Source: a virus
Lineage: Duplodnaviria > Caudoviricetes
IMG/VR virus record: IMGVR_UViG_2561511114_000002
Span: 1 to 64,000 of that record
Direction: 5' to 3' (one strand)
DNA: 64,000 nucleotides
Below the pieces are notes generated by a model. It saw only the letters and a list, made by a program, of their open reading frames with translations. It was not told the origin of the DNA and searched no databases. Below are positions 31,310 through 39,791 of this stretch, piece by piece (within the stretch, counting starts at the first letter, position 1; each line of letters begins with the position of its first letter). A program made the position numbers and the translations under genes.

Positions 31310-32386
31310 GTGGCGATCAACCAGCGAACGCTGCGGCTACTGCGTCAGCTCGCCACGACCGTCGGCGAGCACACCGACGACACCACCCGCCACCTCACCG
31401 CCGCGTGGGTCCGCGCCTGGGACGAACTCGCTCCCGCCTGGCAGCAGGCGATCACCGACATCGTCACCCGCGCGGCGGCCGGCGGGCAGTGGCCGGCGCC
31501 GTGGCAACTCGCCCGCGTCGACCGCCTCGCCACCGCCGTCACCGCCACCTCGACCACACTCGATGGGCTCGCCGTACAGGCTGGCCTCACAACCGCCGCC
31601 GGCGTAGGCACTGTTGTGGCGGCCACCGCCGCCGCCGAACCCGCCCTGATCGCCTCCCAGCTACCCGCCAGGCTCGCCGCAGCGGCAGCAGCCGAGTACG
31701 CGGCGGCACTCAACCCCACCGCCCTCGACATCATCGTGCAGCGAACCGGGGATCAGATCACCGCCCGCACCCGACCACTGTCCGACGCGGCGATGGCCGC
31801 GGTACGCCGGTCACTGATCCGCGGTATCGCTATCGGCGACCACCCCCACACCGCGGCGCGGGACATGATGCGGCGGGTGGAGGGCGACATCAACGGCGGG
31901 TTGACCCGCGCCATCGTGATCGCCCGCACCGAAATGCTGGACGCGTACCGCACCACCAGCCGCTACGTGCACGCGGCGAACGCGGACGTGCTCGCCGGCT
32001 GGACGTGGTGGTCCTCGCGGGACACGCGGACCTGCCCCGCGTGCTGGGTCATGCACGGCACGGTGCACCCGCTCGAGCAGGACGGGCCGCTGGATCACCA
32101 GCAGGGCCGCTGCGCCAGGCTGCCCAAACTCAAGCCGTGGACGCAGCTAGGCATCCCCGAACCCGAACCCGCGGATCTACCCGTGGATGCGCGCGCCCAG
32201 TTCGACGCGCTACCGCCACAGCGGCAGCTGGCGATCCTCGGCCGGGCCCGGCTCGACCTGCTGCGCTCCGGCCGCATCGAGTGGACCGACCTGGTCACCC
32301 GCCGCGACACCCCCGGCTGGCGGACCTCCTACGTACCCACCACGCTCCGCGACCTGCAGCGCCTCGCCGACCGACGCGCCGCCTGA
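31310..32386 (+). CDS. MuF-like minor head protein
   Basis: RAIVIARTE, DTRTCPAC..MHG, DHQQGRC. Confidence 0.88.
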   Translation: MAINQRTLRLLRQLATTVGEHTDDTTRHLTAAWVRAWDELAPAWQQAITDIVTRAAAGGQWPAPWQLARVDRLATAVTATSTTLDGLAVQAGLTTAAGVGTVVAATAAAEPALIASQLPARLAAAAAAEYAAALNPTALDIIVQRTGDQITARTRPLSDAAMAAVRRSLIRGIAIGDHPHTAARDMMRRVEGDINGGLTRAIVIARTEMLDAYRTTSRYVHAANADVLAGWTWWSSRDTRTCPACWVMHGTVHPLEQDGPLDHQQGRCARLPKLKPWTQLGIPEPEPADLPVDARAQFDALPPQRQLAILGRARLDLLRSGRIEWTDLVTRRDTPGWRTSYVPTTLRDLQRLADRRAA

Positions 32387-32405
32387 CCTCGAAAGGGGCA
32401 CGATC

Positions 32406-34007
32406 ATGCGCAGACGCCGACGGCAGCCACCTGCCCGGGTGGGCATCGGCCGCGCACTCATCCGCTACACCCCCCGCACCCGCCAGATCCTCACCGAGAT
32501 CGCAGAGTCGGCGGTGTCGGCGACCCTCGAGCGGCAGGCGCAGCGCATCAGCGCGACGGAGTCACCGACCATCCTGGAGGCGCCACGCCGGCGTGACGGC
32601 CGGGTGCCGATCCGGCTGATCCGGGCGGGCTGGTCACTCAACGGCAACTACTACCCCGCCGACGTGCTGCGCCGTGACGGTCCCACCGCCTGGCCGAAGG
32701 GCACCCTGTGCTACATCGACCACGCCACCGACGACGAGGACGCCGCCCGGCCGGCGGGCAGCATCAAGAACCTTGCCGCCGTGCTCACCGAGGACGCCCG
32801 GTGGAGCGACACCGAGCGTGGGCTTGTCGCCGAGGTGCGGCTGTTCACGCTGTGGCGCGATGCCATCGAAGACATGCGCGGCGTGATCGGCATGTCCATT
32901 CGGGCGTGGGTGCACGGCGAGCAGGGTGAGGCCGAGGGCCGGCACGGGTTCATCGTCTCCGGCATTCCCGAAGGCCGAAGCGTCGACTTCGTGACCGCGC
33001 CCGCCGCTGGCGGCGGCATCCTGTCATCGGCCCTGGAGTCGGTGCGGGTTCGAGCCGACGAGGCGCGCAACGTGGGCGGCTGGCTGGAATCCCGGCTGCA
33101 TCTGTATCTGACCCAACTCGCCGATGACCTGTACGGCCAGGGACTACTCACCCGGGCGGAGCGGCTCACGCTGTCGTCGGCCATCGGCGATGGTTTGGCC
33201 GCCTACACCACGCGTATCGAGGCCGACCAGCCGCAGCTGTACCAGCGCGACCTCGGCGACGGGCCAGCCGCCGCCGAGCCCGCCGTCGAATCCACCGTCG
33301 GCAGTACCAGCCCGACCGCCGAGGCGGCCGGCGACCACGGGACGGGCGGCGCCCCGCCGGCCGCACCCAACCCACCCACGAGAGGAGAACCCGGCATGTC
33401 GGGTACCCACACCGGCGAAGGTGCGCCGGGCGAGGCGGGGACGGCCACCATGGAGGCCCACACCCCCACCACCGAGGCCCCCGCCGAAGCACGGCTGGCC
33501 ATCATCGAGGCCGAGCGGGACCGGGAACGTACCCGCGCCCAGAGCCTCGGGGAGGCGCTCACCGAGGCGCAGACTGAGGCCCGCCGCGCGAGCGCCGAAG
33601 CGCAGGAGGCAATCGCCGAGATGCGGCGCCTGCGGGCGAACGAAACCGCACGCAGCACCATTTCCCTACTGCTGACCGCCGACGAGTCGGGGGTGCCGGC
33701 GGACATGCAGCCGCTGATCGGCCCGCGGGTGCACAGCCAGATCCTCGACCACGTGCCGCTGTCCGACGACGGCACCGTCGACCAGGTGGCGCTCGAGGCC
33801 GCCGTGACCGCAGCGATCCGCGCCGAGCGGGTCCACGCCGCCAGCCTCCTAGAAGCGCAGGGCGTCGGCCGGGTCGCCGGTCTCGGAGCCGCCGGCGACC
33901 CGACGATGCAGATGTCGCGGGAGCAGCTCGAGTCCAGCCTGTCCGAGGTGTTCCAGGCCATCGGCATGTCCGACAACGTGGCCGCGCTCGCGGCGAAGGG
34001 ACGGTGA
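32406..34007 (+). CDS. Capsid maturation protease / scaffold fusion
   Basis: GWSLNGNYYP, YIDH, IGMSI, SVDFVTAPAAGG; coiled-coil C-terminal third with an internal RBS and ATG at 33396. Confidence 0.85.
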   Translation: MRRRRRQPPARVGIGRALIRYTPRTRQILTEIAESAVSATLERQAQRISATESPTILEAPRRRDGRVPIRLIRAGWSLNGNYYPADVLRRDGPTAWPKGTLCYIDHATDDEDAARPAGSIKNLAAVLTEDARWSDTERGLVAEVRLFTLWRDAIEDMRGVIGMSIRAWVHGEQGEAEGRHGFIVSGIPEGRSVDFVTAPAAGGGILSSALESVRVRADEARNVGGWLESRLHLYLTQLADDLYGQGLLTRAERLTLSSAIGDGLAAYTTRIEADQPQLYQRDLGDGPAAAEPAVESTVGSTSPTAEAAGDHGTGGAPPAAPNPPTRGEPGMSGTHTGEGAPGEAGTATMEAHTPTTEAPAEARLAIIEAERDRERTRAQSLGEALTEAQTEARRASAEAQEAIAEMRRLRANETARSTISLLLTADESGVPADMQPLIGPRVHSQILDHVPLSDDGTVDQVALEAAVTAAIRAERVHAASLLEAQGVGRVAGLGAAGDPTMQMSREQLESSLSEVFQAIGMSDNVAALAAKGR

Positions 34008-34011
34008 CGTC

Positions 34012-34365
34012 GTGGCGTCAAACCAGGTGTACAGCGACGGCGACCAGTTCCCTGCTGTCTGCTCCCAGCCGGCCGTCCCCGCCTCAGGGGATCCGGTACT
34101 GGTCGGTCAACTGCCCGGTGTGGCACTGACCGACGAGCACGCCGACGGCACCACCACCTGCACCTTCGCCGGCGTCTACAACCTGCCGGTGCAGGGCATC
34201 GACGGGGTCGGCAACAGCGCGGTCGCCGTCGGCGACATCGTCTACTACACGGCCGCAGACACGCCGAAACTCGGCAAGAAGACCGCCGGCGTGCAGTTCG
34301 GCTACGCGCTCGCCGCAGTCGCGTCCGGCGCCACCGCCACCATCCCCGTGAAAATCGGCCACTGA
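34012..34365 (+). CDS. Capsid decoration/cement protein (DUF2190-like)
   Basis: SGDPVLVG..GVALTD, VAVGDIVYY, FGYAL; lies between protease and MCP. Confidence 0.8.
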   Translation: MASNQVYSDGDQFPAVCSQPAVPASGDPVLVGQLPGVALTDEHADGTTTCTFAGVYNLPVQGIDGVGNSAVAVGDIVYYTAADTPKLGKKTAGVQFGYALAAVASGATATIPVKIGH

Positions 34366-34379
34366 GGAGAGACACGCCG

Positions 34380-35615
34380 ATGACCGTCAACGTTCTCGAC
34401 GTTCTGCCCGAGGTCGCCACCATGCGGGCGCAGGACGCATCAATCGAATCGATCTACGGCGGGGAGGGACGCAGCCTGTCGGCAGCGGCCCGCCGCCGCC
34501 GGCAGCAGGAAAACGCCGCCTACCAGCGGCACCTCGTGGAGGCCGCGCAGTTGTACGCGAAGGTCATCAACGGCAACCGACGCGCCGCACTGGACTTCCA
34601 AGAGGCGATGACCACCAGCGACTTCCAGCTGCTGTTCGGTGACGTGCTGGATCGGCAGATCCTGGCGAACTACCAGTCGATGCCAGTGCAATGGGACTCT
34701 GTCGCCCGACGGGGCCGGGTTCGCGACTTCCGCACCGTGAAGCGGTACACGCTCGATGGCGGTGAGGCGATCCTCGACGAGGTCAAGCAGCAGGGAGAGT
34801 ACAAGGCCGCGAAACTCACCGACGGCAAATACGAATACGCCGTCACCAAGCGTGGCCGGCGGATCCCGCTGTCGTGGGAGACGCTGATCAACGACGACCT
34901 CGACGCGTTCGCTGACATTCCCCGCCGGCTCGGTAACGCGGCCCGCCGGTCGGAGGAACGGTTCTGGACGACGCTGTACGCCACGGCGACGGGACCGGCC
35001 TCCGCGTTCTTCAACGCCGGCAACAAGAACCTGATCGCCCAGGCAACGTATGCGAGCCTGCCGGACAACCCGGATCTGGCCGTGGACGGCCTGCAGTACG
35101 CGTTCGAGGTGCTCGGTCGGCAGGTCGACACCGACGGCGCACCGATTTACGTCGAGGGTGCCGTGCTGGTGGTGCCGCCCGCGCTCGAGGTGCCCGCCCG
35201 CAACATCCTCAACGCCACCGAGATCGTCACCGCCGCCGGGTCGTCGGGGTCCGCATCTGACGCGGGCCGCACCGACCAGCTGCGGGTGGCGAACTGGATG
35301 GCCAACCGGACCCGGCTGGTCGTCAACCCGTGGCTGCCGATCGTCGACACCACCACCGGCAACACCGCCTGGTATTTGTTCGCGAACCCGGGCGTCGGCC
35401 GGCCGGCCATGGAGATGGGGTTCCTGATCGGTCACGAGTCGCCGGAGCTGTTCCAAAAGACCCCAAACGCGGTTCGGGTCGGCGGGGGCCCGATCGACCC
35501 CACCGACGGGGACTTCGAAACCGACTCGGTCGAGTGGAAGCTGCGTCACGTGTGGGGCGGCACGCTGATGGACCCGAAGTCAGCGGTCGCGTCGAAGGGC
35601 ACGAACTCGGCATGA
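34380..35615 (+). CDS. Major capsid protein (Mu gpT-like)
   Basis: TTSDF..L, VRDFR, SWETLINDDL, LVVPPALE, FETDSVEWKLRH. Confidence 0.9.
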   Translation: MTVNVLDVLPEVATMRAQDASIESIYGGEGRSLSAAARRRRQQENAAYQRHLVEAAQLYAKVINGNRRAALDFQEAMTTSDFQLLFGDVLDRQILANYQSMPVQWDSVARRGRVRDFRTVKRYTLDGGEAILDEVKQQGEYKAAKLTDGKYEYAVTKRGRRIPLSWETLINDDLDAFADIPRRLGNAARRSEERFWTTLYATATGPASAFFNAGNKNLIAQATYASLPDNPDLAVDGLQYAFEVLGRQVDTDGAPIYVEGAVLVVPPALEVPARNILNATEIVTAAGSSGSASDAGRTDQLRVANWMANRTRLVVNPWLPIVDTTTGNTAWYLFANPGVGRPAMEMGFLIGHESPELFQKTPNAVRVGGGPIDPTDGDFETDSVEWKLRHVWGGTLMDPKSAVASKGTNSA

Positions 35616-35899
35616 GGCCGGTTCGGCGGAGGAACCCGGTCGCGCTGCTCTGCGAGGTCGCGGATCTTCTCATCGAGCAGAACCGGCTGCTGGGTGACAT
35701 CCGGGACCGGCTACCTGAGCAGCCCGGGTCCACGCGGCCGAAGCCAGCGGGGACACAAGAACCGGCGCCGCAGCAGACACCCGTCGTGCGGCCCGAGTCG
35801 CCACCAGCGCCCAAGCCGGAGCCGGAGCCAGCCAGGAAAGCCTCCTCCCCCGCGGCGAAGGCGACCCCACGCAAAACCGGGGCGCGGCGCCGCACCTGA
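35612..35899 (+). CDS. Small Pro-rich protein
   Basis: ATGA-coupled to MCP. Confidence 0.6.
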   Translation: MRPVRRRNPVALLCEVADLLIEQNRLLGDIRDRLPEQPGSTRPKPAGTQEPAPQQTPVVRPESPPAPKPEPEPARKASSPAAKATPRKTGARRRT

Positions 35900-35901
35900 T
35901 C

Positions 35902-35940
35902 GTCCGGCCGCCCGTCACCCGACAGCGCGGGCGGCCGGAC
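35902..35940 (+). terminator. Stem-loop after the head genes
   Basis: GTCCGGCCGCCCG / CGGGCGGCCGGAC, 13-bp perfect stem. Confidence 0.7.
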
Positions 35941-35965
35941 CTACACCAACGGGAGGTGGAAACCG

Positions 35966-36310
35966 GTGGCGATCACCACCGACCCCGCAACCGATGTCGG
36001 TCGAGTGCGGCTGCTGGTCACCGACCTGACCGAGCCGGCGCTACTCACCGACGAGCAGATCACCGCGCTCCTGGCAATGGAGGGCGGCAACGTTAAGGCC
36101 GCCGCCGCAGCGGCGCTGGAGACGATCGCGCGATCCGAGACGCTGATCTCCAAAAAGATCAGAACCCAGGATCTGGCCACCGACGGGCCGGCGGTAGCCC
36201 AGGAACTGCGGGCGTCAGCGGCGGCACTGCGCGCGCAGGCCGACATCGACGACACCGGGTTCGACATCGTCGACTTCGACCCGTACGCCGCCTACCGGCA
36301 GGAGGCGTGA
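35966..36310 (+). CDS. Head-tail adaptor
   Basis: VGRVRLLVTD..LTDEQITALL; synteny. Confidence 0.75.
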   Translation: MAITTDPATDVGRVRLLVTDLTEPALLTDEQITALLAMEGGNVKAAAAAALETIARSETLISKKIRTQDLATDGPAVAQELRASAAALRAQADIDDTGFDIVDFDPYAAYRQEA

Positions 36311-36313
36311 CCG

Positions 36314-36751
36314 GTGCCTGGTCTGCCCGCCACCACCGTCATCCACCCCGACGTCCAGCAGCACCACCGGCCGGTCGCAGCAGGGCAGATGACCGGCACC
36401 TGCCGCATCGAGCGACCGGCAGCCGACCCTGCGGTGTGGGACGACGCCGCGGGCACGCACGTGCCGCCCCCACCGACGCAGCTGTACGACGGGCCGTGCC
36501 GCTACCAGCACCTGGCCGCGGCCGGGCAGCCGATCGCCGCCGACACCGAAACGCCCCTGGCCGATGTCCGCATCACCGTCCCGGTGCCCGACACCGTCGA
36601 GTACGGGGTCAACGACCTGGTCACCCTCACCGGCGCCGCCGGCAACCCGGACCTGGCCGCACGGACGCTGCGGGTGACCGCGGTGTCCGCCTCCACCATC
36701 TCCGTGCAGCGGGATCTGACCTGCCAGCTACGGCAACCCACCACCCGGTAA
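36314..36751 (+). CDS. Head-tail stopper (DUF6093-like)
   Basis: MTGTCRIER, LYDGPCR; synteny. Confidence 0.7.
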   Translation: MPGLPATTVIHPDVQQHHRPVAAGQMTGTCRIERPAADPAVWDDAAGTHVPPPPTQLYDGPCRYQHLAAAGQPIAADTETPLADVRITVPVPDTVEYGVNDLVTLTGAAGNPDLAARTLRVTAVSASTISVQRDLTCQLRQPTTR

Positions 36752-36761
36752 GGGGGCGGAC

Positions 36762-37109
36762 GTGGACGACCTGACTCGGTTGGCCAAGGACATGGACGAC
36801 GCCGCCGACCGGCTGCACGACCGCGCCGAGGACCTGGTGCGGGCAAGCACGCTGCGCACCGAGGCCCTCGGCAAAGCAAACGCGCCGGTGCTCACCGGCC
36901 TGCTGCGGTCATCGATCACGTCGCAGGTCGACAGCGGGCCGACCCGCATCACCGGCGAGACAGGCCCGGACACCACCTACGACGTGTATGTCCACAACGG
37001 CACGTCGCGGCAGCCCCCGAACCCGTTCATGGACACCGCCGCCGACGTCGTGCAGCCGCACTACTATGCGGCGGCAGAGCGGATCGGCGGGCAGGTCCTC
37101 GATGGCTGA
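36762..37109 (+). CDS. HK97 gp10-like neck protein
   Basis: APVLTGLLRSSI, YVHNGTSRQPPNPFM. Confidence 0.85.
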   Translation: MDDLTRLAKDMDDAADRLHDRAEDLVRASTLRTEALGKANAPVLTGLLRSSITSQVDSGPTRITGETGPDTTYDVYVHNGTSRQPPNPFMDTAADVVQPHYYAAAERIGGQVLDG

Positions 37110-37548
37110 CACCGACGTCGGCTGGCTGCACGCGCAGGGCCTCGCCGCGCTGCTGACGCCGCTGCCCTACGTGGTGTATGTCGGGGAGGTCACCGACGCC
37201 GACGCCGACCTCGCTTTTCCGTACCTGGTGCTGTGGCCACCGCCGGCGACCCGGCCGACGATCACCCTCGCCGGGTACGGCGGCGAGGCGACCACCGTCA
37301 CCCAGCTCACCGCGGCCGGCACCAGCCCCCGCGAGACGATCACCGCACTGGATCGGGCCTCCGCGCGGCTGCACCGCGTACGCCCGGTGATCCCGGGCCG
37401 CCGCTGCTCGCCGATCACCCACACCGAGGGCGCCGCCGGGCCGCCGCAGCCGCGGCTTGACCCGCAGGCCCGCACGCCCGAGGGGCGGCCCATCTACGTC
37501 ACGTTCGCCCAGTTCACCCTGCACTCGTCCAGGAGCCCTGATGGCTGA
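37102..37548 (+). CDS. Tail terminator
   Basis: FPYLVLW motif; follows gp10. Confidence 0.65.
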   Translation: MADTDVGWLHAQGLAALLTPLPYVVYVGEVTDADADLAFPYLVLWPPPATRPTITLAGYGGEATTVTQLTAAGTSPRETITALDRASARLHRVRPVIPGRRCSPITHTEGAAGPPQPRLDPQARTPEGRPIYVTFAQFTLHSSRSPDG

Positions 37549-37864
37549 CATCCCTGTCCGCAGACCCACCGTCGATGGCGTCAACCTGGCCCTCGGCGCC
37601 GCCGCCGCCGGCGACACGGCCGAGTGCGGGCCCGGCTTCGCGCTGCTGGTCAGCAACGGCGGCGGGTCGTCTGTCGACGTCACGATCGCGGTGCCCGGCA
37701 CCACCTTGTACGGGGTCGCGACCCCCGACAAGCCGATCAGCGTGCCCGCCGGGGAGCTGTGGGAGATCCCGCTGCTGGAGGTGTACCGGGATCCGGCCAC
37801 CCGACGGGCCGCGATCTCCTGGTCGGCGACGACGTCAGTGACCCGCATCGTGGTCAGGCGGTAG
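37541..37864 (+). CDS. Putative virion accessory protein (beta-rich)
   Basis: AGGAG RBS; LLVSNGGGSSVDVTI. Confidence 0.65.
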   Translation: MADIPVRRPTVDGVNLALGAAAAGDTAECGPGFALLVSNGGGSSVDVTIAVPGTTLYGVATPDKPISVPAGELWEIPLLEVYRDPATRRAAISWSATTSVTRIVVRR

Positions 37865-37872
37865 GAGGACGC

Positions 37873-38136
37873 ATGCCGACGTGGACGAGGGTGCGAGACA
37901 CCCACACCGGACACACCTTCGACATCGACGCGCGCACGCTGCCGCACCGCCCCGGTGTGGAGCCGGTCAACGACCCTCAGCGGTGGCCGGACGTCGAGGG
38001 CCCTCGCGCGCAGCCGAGACCGGCGAAACCGCACGTAGACAAGGGCGCACCGCACGACCCGAGGGGCGCCGGTCGACGGCGTCCCACCACCAGCACGCCG
38101 GCGCCGACGCCGGCAACCACCAGCAGGGAGCAGTAG
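37873..38136 (+). CDS. Hypothetical virion-region protein
   Basis: AGGAGG RBS; WTRVRDTHTGH. Confidence 0.65.
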   Translation: MPTWTRVRDTHTGHTFDIDARTLPHRPGVEPVNDPQRWPDVEGPRAQPRPAKPHVDKGAPHDPRGAGRRRPTTSTPAPTPATTSREQ

Positions 38137-38138
38137 TC

Positions 38139-38639
38139 ATGACTCAGCCGGCCAGCGTCCCCGCCGACGGCAACCAGGCCGTCTGGTGGGTACCCGTCAT
38201 CGCGGTCGCGCAGAGCCCGACCGTCGCCGAGCTCACCGCCCCGTCGGTGATCGACGCCTCCTGCTACCTGACCGCCGAGGGGTGGCAGCCGACCACCAAC
38301 GAGCAGGCCGTTACCGACCAGAGGCTGTGCACGACGGAGGACTACGAGCAGCCCGGACGTCTGCAACACAGCCTGCAGGTGACGTATGTGCACAACCCGG
38401 GCTCGCCTGCGGACAACGCGTTGTATCTGGCGTTGACCAGGCTGACGTCCGGCTACTGGGTCTCCCGTGTGGGAGTGCCGTACGACCAGGCGATCGCCGC
38501 CGGTGACATCGTCGATGTGTATCCGGTGAAGATGGGCTGGCGGCAGAAAACCCCGGGCGTCGCGAACAGTGTGCTGACCGTGGGTCAAAAGCCGTTCATC
38601 ACCGGCCCGGTCGTGCAAGACGCCGTCGTCGCCGCCTGA
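38139..38639 (+). CDS. Major tail protein
   Basis: PTVAELT..IDASCYLT, DQRLC, AAGDIVDVYPV; precedes the chaperones. Confidence 0.8.
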   Translation: MTQPASVPADGNQAVWWVPVIAVAQSPTVAELTAPSVIDASCYLTAEGWQPTTNEQAVTDQRLCTTEDYEQPGRLQHSLQVTYVHNPGSPADNALYLALTRLTSGYWVSRVGVPYDQAIAAGDIVDVYPVKMGWRQKTPGVANSVLTVGQKPFITGPVVQDAVVAA

Positions 38640-38725
38640 CACACCCTTGATCTGGCGGTGTGGCCACCAGCCCGGCCTGCACCGCCGTACCGCGCCCCGG
38701 GCTGGCTTCGGAAGGGCTGGACTCT

Positions 38726-39346
38726 ATGAGCGACACCTCCGCGGGCGAACCCGCCGCGCCCCCAACCTCCACCAAAGATCGGGTCCGCAACGCCCGCCTA
38801 CCAGAACGCACCGTCGACATCTGCCTGCGAGGTGACCTGCAGGCCGAGTGGGAGGACCTGCACCGGCAGCTCGCCGACGTTGAGGCCGCCGCAGCCAAGG
38901 ACAAACGGCTCAACGGCGACAAGCATGCCCGCGGTATCGCGCAGCGCATCCTCGCCGTACAGGACTGCATGCGTGAGGACACGATCGTGTTCCGTATGCG
39001 TGGCCTGCCCGGTAAACAGTGGGATGCCCTACTCAAGGCACATCCTCCACGGCCAGACAACGACAGCGACGCGCAGCTGGGCTACAACACCGACGAGTTC
39101 ATCGCCGCCCTCGTCAAGACGTGCACGTACCTGCCCGACGACCTCGACGAGGACACCTGGCGGGAGCTGCTCGGTGACAACGACACCGAGCGGGCCCGCC
39201 GACAGCGGGCCAACCTGCCGGTTGAGGACGGCAAGCTGACCGAGTGGCAGCAACGGGAGCTGCAGGACGGCGCGCTGGCCGTGAACGTGCGGAAGGTCAA
39301 CGTCCCAAACTCGTTCGCCGCCTCACGGCTGACCCGGTCCTCCTAG
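38726..39346 (+). CDS. Tail assembly chaperone (G-like)
   Basis: Between MTP and TMP; slippery C CCA AAC near the 3' end. Confidence 0.8.
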   Translation: MSDTSAGEPAAPPTSTKDRVRNARLPERTVDICLRGDLQAEWEDLHRQLADVEAAAAKDKRLNGDKHARGIAQRILAVQDCMREDTIVFRMRGLPGKQWDALLKAHPPRPDNDSDAQLGYNTDEFIAALVKTCTYLPDDLDEDTWRELLGDNDTERARRQRANLPVEDGKLTEWQQRELQDGALAVNVRKVNVPNSFAASRLTRSS

Positions 39347-39774
39347 CCGAGGTCCGGGCCGCGAGGCGGCACCACATCACACTGCGGGAGTTCCGCGGAT
39401 GGGTACCCGAGCACACCACCGAGTATGAGTACGACGCCGACGGTCGGATGGTGCGGTCGACGTCGTGGGTGGAGTCGGCGTGGGACGAGCAGCAGCGCGG
39501 ATGGATGCTCGCTCTCGACGCGTACGAGGCGGACCTGTGCCCGCACTGCGGCGGACCGTCGAGTGTGTGTCAGTCGGCGGACGTCGACCGCAACAACCCG
39601 CGTGCCACCTGGATCTACTGGCCGATCAGCCCCGCCGAGTGCGCGATCAGCACGGCGATGCGGGTCGGTAAACCGCAGCTGGACAAGCTCGACCCGGACG
39701 GGCGGCGGGCGCTGATCCCCCGCGCCGTGCGGGTCCGACGCGGCGCTGCCAAACCCAGCAACGCCATCGTATGA
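39304..39774 (+). CDS. Tail assembly chaperone -1 frameshift extension (T-like)
   Basis: The -1 frame is open from the slippery site (PKLVRRL...) to 39774; no obvious RBS of its own. Confidence 0.75.
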   Translation, partial: PKLVRRLTADPVLLAEVRAARRHHITLREFRGWVPEHTTEYEYDADGRMVRSTSWVESAWDEQQRGWMLALDAYEADLCPHCGGPSSVCQSADVDRNNPRATWIYWPISPAECAISTAMRVGKPQLDKLDPDGRRALIPRAVRVRRGAAKPSNAIV

Positions 39775-39791
39775 CAGCCCGGGGGTGAGCG

